From an uncultured Bacilli bacterium (GTDB lineage: Bacteria; Bacillota_I; Bacilli_A; RF39; UBA660): DNA of 51,011 bases. The position numbers and the translations under genes are program-made. The notes below the pieces were generated by a model. The model did not search any database. It was not told the DNA's origin and saw only the letters and a program-made list of their open reading frames with translations. Each line of letters opens with the position of its first letter. Position 1 is the first letter of the stretch. Below, piece by piece: positions 18,097-26,818 of the stretch. The stretch spans positions 1-51,011 of the forward strand of contig CAOLUI010000005.1 in NCBI GenBank assembly GCA_948479395.1. Reading direction: 5' to 3'.

Positions 18097-18232
18097 CACT
18101 TAATTCTACATTGAATTAAATGTCTCACTAATTTTTTACGGTAGGCATTCAACTTGCAAAAATTGAATGTTCCCTTTTTTATTTTATGCAAGTTTCCTTG
18201 ACATATTCCCATAAATAGGGATAAATAACAAA

Positions 18233-18308
18233 TGGTGTCCCCTCAGGGATTCGAACCCTGGACCCACTGATTAAGAGTCAGTTGCTCTACCAACTGAGCT
18301 AAGGAGAC
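18233..18308 (-). tRNA. tRNA-Lys (anticodon CTT)
   Basis: Reverse complement GTCTCCTTAGCTCAGTTGGTAGAGC..., anticodon arm ACTGA-CTCTTAA-TCAGT, T-arm GGTTCGAATCC, encoded CCA. Confidence 0.9.
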
Positions 18309-18394
18309 ATAAATTAAATATATTCACAATTATAACATAAAAATTGGAAATATGATATATATTTTTTTATGTTATAATATTTTTAGGTGATTTA

Positions 18395-18691
18395 ATGTTA
18401 AAAACAAAGTATGAAAGAATGAATAAAGAAGAAAAGAAAAAGTTGGTTGAAAAATATAAGAAAAATGATTCAGGATTAGCAATATATAATCGTTTAATTC
18501 GCTTAAATATCACGGGTATTTTAGGTATAATTTTTTCTAGTTTTCTTTTTATATCCCAATATAAATCTTTAGAAATATTAGATTATTTAACCATTATTCC
18601 TCTTTTTTTAGCTTCTTTATTATTTGTAATAATGGCCCACAAATTAAAACTGAAAGTATTAAATAATTTTCTTATAAAAAATAAAATATAA
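18395..18691 (+). CDS. Small two-TM membrane protein
   Basis: 98 aa with a Lys-rich N-terminus and two hydrophobic helices. An AGGTGA SD lies upstream. Confidence 0.5.
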   Translation: MLKTKYERMNKEEKKKLVEKYKKNDSGLAIYNRLIRLNITGILGIIFSSFLFISQYKSLEILDYLTIIPLFLASLLFVIMAHKLKLKVLNNFLIKNKI

Positions 18692-18703
18692 TAGGGAGAA
18701 AAT

Positions 18704-19204
18704 ATGCAAAAATTATTTTATAACACAGCCAAAGAAACAATAGAAATAGTTTTAGAAAATAATAATTTTTGGTTGGATTTAAAAAATATAATTACTTTAT
18801 ATGGAATTAGAAATAATAAAGATTTATTAGAAAAATATAAGACGAAATTGTTAAATAATAAATTATATTATCATTTAAATGACGTATTAGAATTAGGATA
18901 TAAGTTAACTAAAAAAGAGGCTATACAACTTTTATCTTGGTCAACTAACATATTAAAAGAAAGAATTAATATTAATAAAGATGAAAAAGTCTATAATTAT
19001 CGAATATATTTAGGCGATTATCATAATGGTTATGATTATATTGCTACTGTCTTAGATGAAACAGATATTAGAAATTATTATTTTCCTAATGAAAAATATA
19101 CTAAATTGTTAGTTATTAGACATGATATTTATCAAGATATTGATGAACCATATTTATTAGAATATTTTGATAATAGACTTAGTAGAAAAAGAAAAAAATT
19201 TTGA
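18704..19204 (+). CDS. Shortened RhuM-like protein (tentative)
   Basis: 'TIEIVLENNNFWLDLKNIITLYG' and 'KLYYHLNDVLELGYKLTKKEAIQLLSWSTNILKE' parallel RhuM 'IEVRLEDETVWLTQAQMAELF' and 'YYNLDVIISVGYRVKS..GTQFRIWATQVLKE' (from memory). A GGGAGA SD lies upstream. Confidence 0.45.
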   Translation: MQKLFYNTAKETIEIVLENNNFWLDLKNIITLYGIRNNKDLLEKYKTKLLNNKLYYHLNDVLELGYKLTKKEAIQLLSWSTNILKERININKDEKVYNYRIYLGDYHNGYDYIATVLDETDIRNYYFPNEKYTKLLVIRHDIYQDIDEPYLLEYFDNRLSRKRKKF

Positions 19205-19289
19205 GTCCAAAAGCATAAGTAAAAGATTAAAAATGTTATATTTGCAATAACGATATTATTTTGATATTATTTATTATAGTGATTATAGC

Positions 19290-22200
19290 ATGAATGATAT
19301 AGATATTTTAAATCAAAAATTAAAATCTGATTATAGCTCATTTCAAGAAGTTTTTAATTTGCCAGAAGCACTAGAGGTCTGTATAAAAAATCCAAAACTA
19401 TATAAATATATTTATTATTTTAATGAAAATACTTGGACAAATGATAATCAGAAACTATTTTCTGATATATTAGAAGAGTATAATAAAAGTTATCATTTTT
19501 CTAAATTCAAAATTACGAACCCATCGTTATTAACGCATGCTTACCAACTTGATTTAGCCTCATTATATAGAAATGCTACAAATGAGTCCTTAAATGAAGA
19601 AAATATTAAATTAGCTTATGAAAATAATAAAGTAGATTTTTTGTTATTTAGAAATAATTCTTTAGCTCTTAAAATCTATTTAAATAATAATTATAATTTC
19701 CAATTTGAGTTTACTGATTCAGCTTGGAATAGTGAAAATGCCAGAATTTATATAAAAAAAGTTAACGAAGGAAGTTTAAAAAATAAAATTTTTAGTTTTT
19801 ATACAAGTCTAATTTGTTTTAAAGAAGTCATTAATGAGCATCAATTTCAATTTATTAATAATTTTTATACTAATGATTTTAAGTTGGATGACAAAATAGG
19901 AAATCTATTATGTCAAAAAATGATTGAACATCCTGATTCGATAGTACCAATCAAAATGTGTATACTAAAAGAAATCGAAAGTTATTATTTAAAAGGATTA
20001 TTATTAGCTAAAAGAATCGATTTAGTAGATTCAGCTTTAACAGAAAAATCTCTAAATGAAGAAAATTTCTTATTATTAGCTGATAACTTAGAAGAATACT
20101 TAAATAGCGTTAATGATAAAATTAGTTTTTATTTATTCAAAAGCTCTATTATTTTGCATAAACTAATTGAAATAAAAAAATATGATATTATTTCATATTA
20201 TATATATAATGGGAATTGGACTGAGGAAAATATTAAGTTTTATTATGAACAAAATCTAAAAGACTCCTATTATCATATATTTGTCTACAATCCTAAAGCT
20301 TTAGAAATTTACTGTTTAAAAGATTATAAATATAAGATAAATTTTGCTAAAGAATGCTGGACAAAAGAAAATATTGAATATTATTTTGCCTATTTAAAGC
20401 GTGTTAAACCTAGTAATATAATACCAACATTTATATATATTCCTAATTTTTTTAACAGTTGTTTAAAGCATAATGTTTTTAATTATTTTAAATTTTCTTA
20501 TGATGAGAATATTAATTACGATTTATTATGTGAGAAATTAAGAGAATTCCCTAATGAAGAATTCAATTTTCATAATACTTTATTAAAAGGACATCCTGAA
20601 TTAGTTTTAACTTTTATTGAGACAAAAAGATATTATATATTTGAGAGTTGTCTTATTGATTGTAATCAAATAATTATTGAAAAATTTTGTTCCATTATGG
20701 ATGAATATTTTCAATTAGGTTTTAAATATGTTCCGAGTGCCATTGAAAATAGTCCTTTATTCATTAAAAGAGCCATTGAATTAAAACATTATGATAAATT
20801 GTCGTCTTTATCCCATGGCTGGACTATAGAAAACGCAACTTTATTAGCCAATAAATATGTAACTGATGATAATCTTTATTTTTATGATCTGTCAAGATGT
20901 AATAGTAAATATTTAATATATGCTTTAAAAAATTTAAATGTATATTTGCCATCAAATAGTAAGTATACTAGTAATTGCATTGATTACCATAATTACAAAG
21001 ATAGTTTCTTTACTTATCTAACAGAAAATAAAATCAATGATGTTTATAATTTAATTGATTATTTTAAACAAGAAAATGTTATTGAGGAATACATATCAAA
21101 TGGGTACTTGACAGATAAATTTAAGAAGATATTGATTTTTAATCATGGATACCAATGTTATTGTCAAGAAAAAGGAATTGATATTTTTGCCACTATCAAT
21201 GATTTAAGTTTAATTTCTTATTTAAAATGCGCGTATAAAGTACCTAATTTGTATCACGGAATATTTATTAATGAAACAAATTATAACTATTATTTTGATG
21301 AAAATGGTCCAAAACAAGAATTATATGATGACTTATTTAATGTCAATTCTTTATCTATTTTTAAAGCATTAATTGATAAATATCCTAACGAAAAAGATAA
21401 ACTAAAAATTTATTTTGCTGATAAATTTAGTAATATTGAAAACAAAAAGATTATCACATCATGTTTAAATTATTTTAAAAAGAATTATAAAATTATGACT
21501 GAAAAAAAGGTTGATGATTTATTAAACCTTATTTATAGAATTGACTATAGTAACGCCTTAGAAATCCATCAATTTTCTGAACAAATAATATCTAATATTT
21601 TAACTTGTGCTAATCCTTTAGATAAATTAAATAAAATTGAAAAAATATTTTTAAAAGATGATATTCCAATGTTTGCGAAAGTATATCAATGCTTTAAAAC
21701 ATTATATCCGCAATTTCAAAAATATGATAATCACAAAATGGTGTTTGATTTTAGTGATAATAGTCGTATATCTCCTGAATTATTAAAAGCAGATCCTAAT
21801 AGCATAAGAATGCAATTATTTAAAAAAATAGTAAATAATGATAAAACTAAAATTCGTTTTCAACTTATTTTTAATGACTTATTACGATGTTCACTTAATA
21901 GTAAAAATGAATCTTTAATGCAATATTTAAATAATTTAAAAAAGGGTAACGATTATATGTTTAAACTATATAATCATAATTTCGATAGTGATATTTTAAC
22001 CTCAGAAGAATTAAAGATTTTAAATAAGTTTGTTAGTTATTTAACCGTTATTTATGAAAATATAAATAATCAGAGTATAAATCATTTAGAGTTAGCTGAT
22101 AAATGTCAATCTTTAATCGCTTATTATAAACCTAATAGTAGATATTCATTAGCAGATAGAGTTGTAAGATCATTTGGCTTCTTTGCAAGTATTGACTCTT

Positions 22201-23837
22201 TGGAACAAATATTTGATTTGATAAATTGTTCTCATCAAAAAGCAAAATTAGAAAATGAATATCTAGGTTCGTATTTAGAAAATCATAATTTTGAATTACA
22301 TGATGATGATTTATTGCGATGTATTGGGAAATTTGATAATTTAGGGAGTTCTTTAGAAAATGGAAATGTATGTAAAGAATTATTAGGTTCTTTTATAGGA
22401 AAAAGTGATTCAGATACTACCCCAATGGATGTTGATTTTTCTTTAATTAAAAGTTCTGCTTCTATCTATAATTGTATTGATGGAACTCCAACAGGTTGGA
22501 ATTTTGGTAATATATTCTTAATTTTAAAAGATTATTATGTTACTAGAGACAAAAATGGCAACTTACTAGAATCTACATATGATCCTATGAAAGTGGAAGT
22601 TTTTGGGACAAGTACAAAAAAGGGCGGACATGAAACTCATTGGGGTGGTAGAAGTGGATTTGCTAAAACGAATATAAAATGTATTTTGTATAAAAAAATG
22701 GCGAAAATTAATTCTAATAAACCTTATAATGAAGATGGAAGTGTAAACTATGAGGAAAATGCTTCCTTTGATGATTTGCCTTCAATTAAGTTTGAAATTG
22801 TTCGAAATGGTCTGTATATTCCAATTGTTGATTTAAGTGGTAAATTAATATTTACGATTAATGAATATAACTATCTACGTTCAAAAATGATGGGATTATC
22901 TAAATATGGCTGCCCAGAATATCATTTAGATACGAATTCTTTGTATTTTGATGGTATTGATGAATTAGTTATGGAGATGGTAAACGATAGAAAAAGAATA
23001 TCAAATATTCGAAAATATATTTATAAACGTATAACAGAGATTATAATGGACTCTAAGTATAATTTAGGTATCCAAAAAATTGATAATTCTTTTCAAGGGG
23101 ATTTAACAAGTGGGATTGCCGAATTATTAGAAATTGGATCAACTGCTAGATTTAGCAATATTCCTTTTGATAGTGATTTTGATTTTATGTTAAAGTTAGA
23201 TAGAAAAATAATGATTGATAAAGAAAAAACAAAAAAAATTATTGAGATTTTTGAAAAAGAATTTAAACCTTATAAAACTGTTCCTACAAAATCAAATCGC
23301 TTTCGTGGTACAGGGATAAGCATATCTGAATTTGATAATCTTGATATTGATATTTCTATAGATAAAAGAAGAAATAACGACAGCTACTCGTCAGAAAAAG
23401 CCTTAAATGATATATATAATTCTATTAAAAAACAATATCCTGATGATTACCCTTATGTTTTAGCTAATATTGTAAAAGCAAAACAATTACTTAAAAATGC
23501 AAATATCTATAAACGCGTAGATAATGGTCTAGGTGGGATAGGAGTTGAGAATTGGATATTACAAAATGGTGGATCTTTAAAAAATGCTTGTCAAGATTTT
23601 ATTATACACGCATATAAAGCGGATGGAACTTTAAAAAGTTTTGCTGAATTTAAATCTTCTTATTATATATTTGATTTTGGGTGTAATCATGAACCAAGAG
23701 AAAAAATAAAAAATATTTATTATTCTTATGATAACTATATGGCTGATAACTTGAATGAATATACCTATAAGAAAATGGCAAATATTTTACAGGAGTATAT
23801 TGATAAAATAAATTTTGAAAATAAAAATAGAATATAA
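19290..23837 (+). CDS. 1,515-aa cytoplasmic repeat-rich protein with C-terminal Pol-beta-superfamily nucleotidyltransferase (CCA/PAP/OAS-like) domain
   Basis: Uninterrupted 4.5-kb ORF. Five or more W-(T/N)-x-(E/D)-N repeats lie in the first ~560 aa. 'IGSTARFSNIPFDSDFDF' (G1283-S1284...D1296-x-D1298) fits hG[GS]x9-13DxD. Also 'LDIDISID' and a 'GLGGIGVENWILQNGGS' neck-like motif. Confidence 0.8.
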   Translation: MNDIDILNQKLKSDYSSFQEVFNLPEALEVCIKNPKLYKYIYYFNENTWTNDNQKLFSDILEEYNKSYHFSKFKITNPSLLTHAYQLDLASLYRNATNESLNEENIKLAYENNKVDFLLFRNNSLALKIYLNNNYNFQFEFTDSAWNSENARIYIKKVNEGSLKNKIFSFYTSLICFKEVINEHQFQFINNFYTNDFKLDDKIGNLLCQKMIEHPDSIVPIKMCILKEIESYYLKGLLLAKRIDLVDSALTEKSLNEENFLLLADNLEEYLNSVNDKISFYLFKSSIILHKLIEIKKYDIISYYIYNGNWTEENIKFYYEQNLKDSYYHIFVYNPKALEIYCLKDYKYKINFAKECWTKENIEYYFAYLKRVKPSNIIPTFIYIPNFFNSCLKHNVFNYFKFSYDENINYDLLCEKLREFPNEEFNFHNTLLKGHPELVLTFIETKRYYIFESCLIDCNQIIIEKFCSIMDEYFQLGFKYVPSAIENSPLFIKRAIELKHYDKLSSLSHGWTIENATLLANKYVTDDNLYFYDLSRCNSKYLIYALKNLNVYLPSNSKYTSNCIDYHNYKDSFFTYLTENKINDVYNLIDYFKQENVIEEYISNGYLTDKFKKILIFNHGYQCYCQEKGIDIFATINDLSLISYLKCAYKVPNLYHGIFINETNYNYYFDENGPKQELYDDLFNVNSLSIFKALIDKYPNEKDKLKIYFADKFSNIENKKIITSCLNYFKKNYKIMTEKKVDDLLNLIYRIDYSNALEIHQFSEQIISNILTCANPLDKLNKIEKIFLKDDIPMFAKVYQCFKTLYPQFQKYDNHKMVFDFSDNSRISPELLKADPNSIRMQLFKKIVNNDKTKIRFQLIFNDLLRCSLNSKNESLMQYLNNLKKGNDYMFKLYNHNFDSDILTSEELKILNKFVSYLTVIYENINNQSINHLELADKCQSLIAYYKPNSRYSLADRVVRSFGFFASIDSLEQIFDLINCSHQKAKLENEYLGSYLENHNFELHDDDLLRCIGKFDNLGSSLENGNVCKELLGSFIGKSDSDTTPMDVDFSLIKSSASIYNCIDGTPTGWNFGNIFLILKDYYVTRDKNGNLLESTYDPMKVEVFGTSTKKGGHETHWGGRSGFAKTNIKCILYKKMAKINSNKPYNEDGSVNYEENASFDDLPSIKFEIVRNGLYIPIVDLSGKLIFTINEYNYLRSKMMGLSKYGCPEYHLDTNSLYFDGIDELVMEMVNDRKRISNIRKYIYKRITEIIMDSKYNLGIQKIDNSFQGDLTSGIAELLEIGSTARFSNIPFDSDFDFMLKLDRKIMIDKEKTKKIIEIFEKEFKPYKTVPTKSNRFRGTGISISEFDNLDIDISIDKRRNNDSYSSEKALNDIYNSIKKQYPDDYPYVLANIVKAKQLLKNANIYKRVDNGLGGIGVENWILQNGGSLKNACQDFIIHAYKADGTLKSFAEFKSSYYIFDFGCNHEPREKIKNIYYSYDNYMADNLNEYTYKKMANILQEYIDKINFENKNRI

Positions 23838-23889
23838 ATTTTTATTTAAATTGTTAAAAAAAACAAAAAGTAAAAAAAGATATTATAAA

Positions 23890-23918
23890 AAGCTCGTATT
23901 TACGAGCTTATTTTTTTT
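23890..23918 (+). terminator. Rho-independent terminator after the 1,515-aa gene
   Basis: AAGCTCG-tattta-CGAGCTT followed by T8. Confidence 0.8.
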
Positions 23919-23920
23919 AA

Positions 23921-24011
23921 TGGCGGAGCAGGAGAGATTCGAACTCTCGCGCCAGTTACCCGACCTATACCCTTAGCAGGGGCACCTCTTCAGCCTCTTG
24001 AGTACTGCTCC
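23921..24011 (-). tRNA. tRNA-Ser (anticodon GCT), long variable arm
   Basis: Reverse complement GGAGCAGTACTCAAGAGGCTGAAGAGG-TGCCC-CTGCTAA-GGGTA..., T-arm AGTTCGAATCT, acceptor CTGCTCC, G, CCA. Confidence 0.9.
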
Positions 24012-24077
24012 AATAAAACTACAATCTAATTTTATAATAGTTTTAAAAGATAGTCAATGGTAACTTTTTTATAGTAT

Positions 24078-24899
24078 TTATAAGTTTTTTTCATATTTTT
24101 GGTAAAATTTAGTGACCTGATTTATTCTTTTTAAGCTTAAATAATTATCAAAGTCTGATGTTAAATCAGTAAAAAATCTTTTTTCGGGATTTTTATGAGG
24201 ATACATTGTAATTATTTCATTAGAATCCGGTAAAGTTACAACTTCAAAATAATCTGTTAAAGAATAACTAATATGACCATTTGCAGTATATTTAAACATG
24301 TAAACATCAGAAAGAGCAGAATCATATAATTTTGTTTTTCCAGGCAAAATATTGCGTAGTTTAAAAAAAATCTCTTCTAAAGGGAAATCTTGTACAAATT
24401 CTGAAGGATTGTCACTTAAATATTCATGTTTTTTAATATGAGCTAAGGCTTCATCCTCGTTATAATCTTTAATTTGTTTTATTAAATAGGCATCTTTACT
24501 TGAACAAAAAGGTAAATCTAACTTTTTTCTTAAAAAAATATTTAAATAACTTGTATCAATTGTTTCAAGAAAAGGGGTATATTTTTGTAAGAGAATAAAA
24601 CATTCAATATATTTTTTTTGACAACATAATAATTTTAATTCTATCCAAAGAAAAAATTCTTTAATATCCTTTTTCATATTTAAATTAAAGACTCTTTTTC
24701 CTTCTTCCAATAAAAGGCTAGCTTCATAAAAATTTCCCATTTTTATAAAAATATCAGTTAAACACGCATAACCACATAAATCATAAGGGTAATTTTTAAT
24801 ATATTTTTGTGATTCTATTAGAGCTTTTTCTAATTGATGCGATTTAACTAATTTTAAAATTTTATTATAATAAGCCGTATTAAAATAATTTTTAGCCAT
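24078..24899 (-). CDS. Hypothetical protein with an N-terminal TPR-like helical region
   Basis: 273-aa ORF with a GGAG SD. The N-terminal ~110 aa look like TPR-type helical repeats. The C-terminal '...YFEVVTLPDSNEIITMYP' block is unassigned. Confidence 0.55.
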   Translation of the reverse strand: MAKNYFNTAYYNKILKLVKSHQLEKALIESQKYIKNYPYDLCGYACLTDIFIKMGNFYEASLLLEEGKRVFNLNMKKDIKEFFLWIELKLLCCQKKYIECFILLQKYTPFLETIDTSYLNIFLRKKLDLPFCSSKDAYLIKQIKDYNEDEALAHIKKHEYLSDNPSEFVQDFPLEEIFFKLRNILPGKTKLYDSALSDVYMFKYTANGHISYSLTDYFEVVTLPDSNEIITMYPHKNPEKRFFTDLTSDFDNYLSLKRINQVTKFYQKYEKNL

Positions 24900-24958
24900 A
24901 AAAAAACTCCTTTAACGAATATATTATAATAAATATTATTCATTTTACAAGAAGATTT

Positions 24959-25828
24959 TTATTCGCCTAAAGTGGCATTTTTTATGTCTGTTAAATAATT
25001 ATCCATAATTGTTAAATAATTTTCATTATTATTTTTACTTTCATTAGATAATGTCGTCATTGTATTAACTTTAACTACTTTGGCATTATAGTCTTTTTCT
25101 AAATTTTTAATTAAATCTGTTTTTTCTTCTGTATCCTTAATAAAAATAGTTGTATATAAACCATCTTTAAAATTATTTTTTAAAGCATTAAGATTTGTCG
25201 GAGTTAAATTTTCTTCATCTTCCAAAGAAATAACATTAAAACCATAATTATTTAAATACTTAAACATATTAGAAGAAACTATTAATGTTCCTTTGTTTAA
25301 ATCATTAGCACTTTTGGCAATTTTTCTTAAATCAGCATCCATCATAGACAAGGTTTCTTCTAATTTTTGATAATTTTTTGTAATTTCTTCATTAATATAT
25401 TTACTTTTTGTAAATTCTTGTAAATTATTTTTGATAGTGGTTGCCAGCATTAAATAATAATTAGGAGACAACCACAATTCTTCAATTCCGTTATCAAAAT
25501 TTAAACCATAAGCTACATCAATAATTCTGATTTTATTGTTTTTATTAATTAAATTTTTTGCCACATTTAATTCATTAGAAAGCCCATTATAAATAAAAAT
25601 ATTATTTTTACTATATTCTGTAATTTGTTTATCCGTTAAACTATAACTATTAATATCTACTCCTTCCGGATAAATACTAGTTATATCTTTTTGGTTATAA
25701 ATTTCATTAGTGATATAAGCTAAAGGATAAATAGTAGTTAAAATATGTAATTCTTCTGTTATATTTTGTTTACAAGCAGTTGTACTTATTAAAAGTACTA
25801 AAAGTAAAATAACTTTTAATTTTTTCAT
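24959..25828 (-). CDS. Metal (Zn/Mn-type, ZnuA/TroA-like) ABC substrate-binding lipoprotein; no cognate permease or ATPase nearby
   Basis: Lipobox 'LLISTTAC'. 'ILTTIYPLAYITNEI' is typical of cluster A-I metal SBPs. Start moved to MKKLKV behind GGAG, 1 nt after the yidD stop. Confidence 0.65.
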   Translation of the reverse strand: MKKLKVILLLVLLISTTACKQNITEELHILTTIYPLAYITNEIYNQKDITSIYPEGVDINSYSLTDKQITEYSKNNIFIYNGLSNELNVAKNLINKNNKIRIIDVAYGLNFDNGIEELWLSPNYYLMLATTIKNNLQEFTKSKYINEEITKNYQKLEETLSMMDADLRKIAKSANDLNKGTLIVSSNMFKYLNNYGFNVISLEDEENLTPTNLNALKNNFKDGLYTTIFIKDTEEKTDLIKNLEKDYNAKVVKVNTMTTLSNESKNNNENYLTIMDNYLTDIKNATLGE

Positions 25829-25829
25829 C

Positions 25830-26060
25830 TTAATTCTCCTTTTTCGGAACCGGATCATATCCAAAATCACCTTTAGGACGGCATTTTTTTAATCTTTTTA
25901 GACCCATTTTTATTCCTTTTTTAATTCCATATATATTTATTGCTTCAACCATATATTCACTACATGTTGGGGTAAAACGACATAATTTATGGGAAGCAAA
26001 AGGGATTATTTGATAACATCTTATAATAAATATAAGAATATTTTTCATTTTCTTCACCAT
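25830..26060 (-). CDS. yidD: Membrane protein insertion efficiency factor YidD
   Basis: 'CRFTPTCSEYMVEAI..YG..KG...GLKRLKKCRP' is a YidD hallmark. 76 aa. Confidence 0.85.
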   Translation of the reverse strand: MVKKMKNILIFIIRCYQIIPFASHKLCRFTPTCSEYMVEAINIYGIKKGIKMGLKRLKKCRPKGDFGYDPVPKKEN

Positions 26061-26146
26061 CTTAATTTTACTACAATTTATATTTATTGTAAAATATGTT
26101 TTTGGCTATCTTTATGATATAATAAATAAGACTTGGAGGAATTATA

Positions 26147-26818
26147 ATGAAAGAAATACTAGAATCCTTTGGAATAAAAGTTAAAAACGAAGAACTTTTA
26201 TTAAATGCTTTAACTCACAGCTCTTACTCAAATGAACATAATACTTCTAATTATGAAAGATTAGAATTTTTAGGCGATGCTATTTTAGAAGTTATAACTA
26301 GTGAATATTTATTCTTGAATACAGATTATAATGAAGGAGATATGAGTAAAATAAGAGCTAGTTACGTTTGCGAAGAAGCTTTATACAATTATGCTAAGGA
26401 TATTAGATTAAAAGATTATATTAGAGTAGGTCATGGTCAAGAAAAAAATATTAATAGTACTATTATTGCAGATGTTTTTGAAAGTATTATAGCTGTTATT
26501 TATTTAGAAAATAATTTAGAAATAACCAAAAATTTTGTTTTAAAACTAATTCTTCCTTATATCGAAAATAATGTGCAATTTGTCCATGATTATAAATCAT
26601 TATTACAAGAAATGGTGCAAACAGATAAAAAAAGCTTAGATTATGTTTTGATAAAAGAAACAGGTCCAGCTCATGAAAAAGAATTTACAATTGAGGTGCA
26701 AATTGATGGGATGATTTATGGAAGAGGTATCGGTAAAAGTAAAAAAGAAGCTGAACAAAATGCTGCCCAGGATGCTTATCAAAAGTCAGTAGTTAAAGGA
26801 GAAAAAAGATGTTTTTAA
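26147..26818 (+). CDS. rnc: Ribonuclease III
   Basis: 'ERLEFLGDAIL' and 'DVFESIIAVIYL'. C-terminal dsRBD 'GPAHEKEF...GKSKKEAEQNAAQDA'. Confidence 0.9.
   Translation: MKEILESFGIKVKNEELLLNALTHSSYSNEHNTSNYERLEFLGDAILEVITSEYLFLNTDYNEGDMSKIRASYVCEEALYNYAKDIRLKDYIRVGHGQEKNINSTIIADVFESIIAVIYLENNLEITKNFVLKLILPYIENNVQFVHDYKSLLQEMVQTDKKSLDYVLIKETGPAHEKEFTIEVQIDGMIYGRGIGKSKKEAEQNAAQDAYQKSVVKGEKRCF

Noticed and set aside
17967-18212. 81-aa minus-strand ORF between the DUF2000 gene and tRNA-Lys
   Set aside because: It has no SD, spans two plus-oriented terminator hairpins, and overlaps the better-supported plus-strand 30-aa ORF. Its composition is low-complexity.
24078-24500. C-terminal half of the TPR protein as a DUF4258/RelE-like toxin domain ('HIKKH...EVVTLPDSNEIITMYP')
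   Set aside because: The idea rests only on a terminal 'IITxYP'-like motif recalled from memory. There are no supporting catalytic residues and no partner antitoxin gene.
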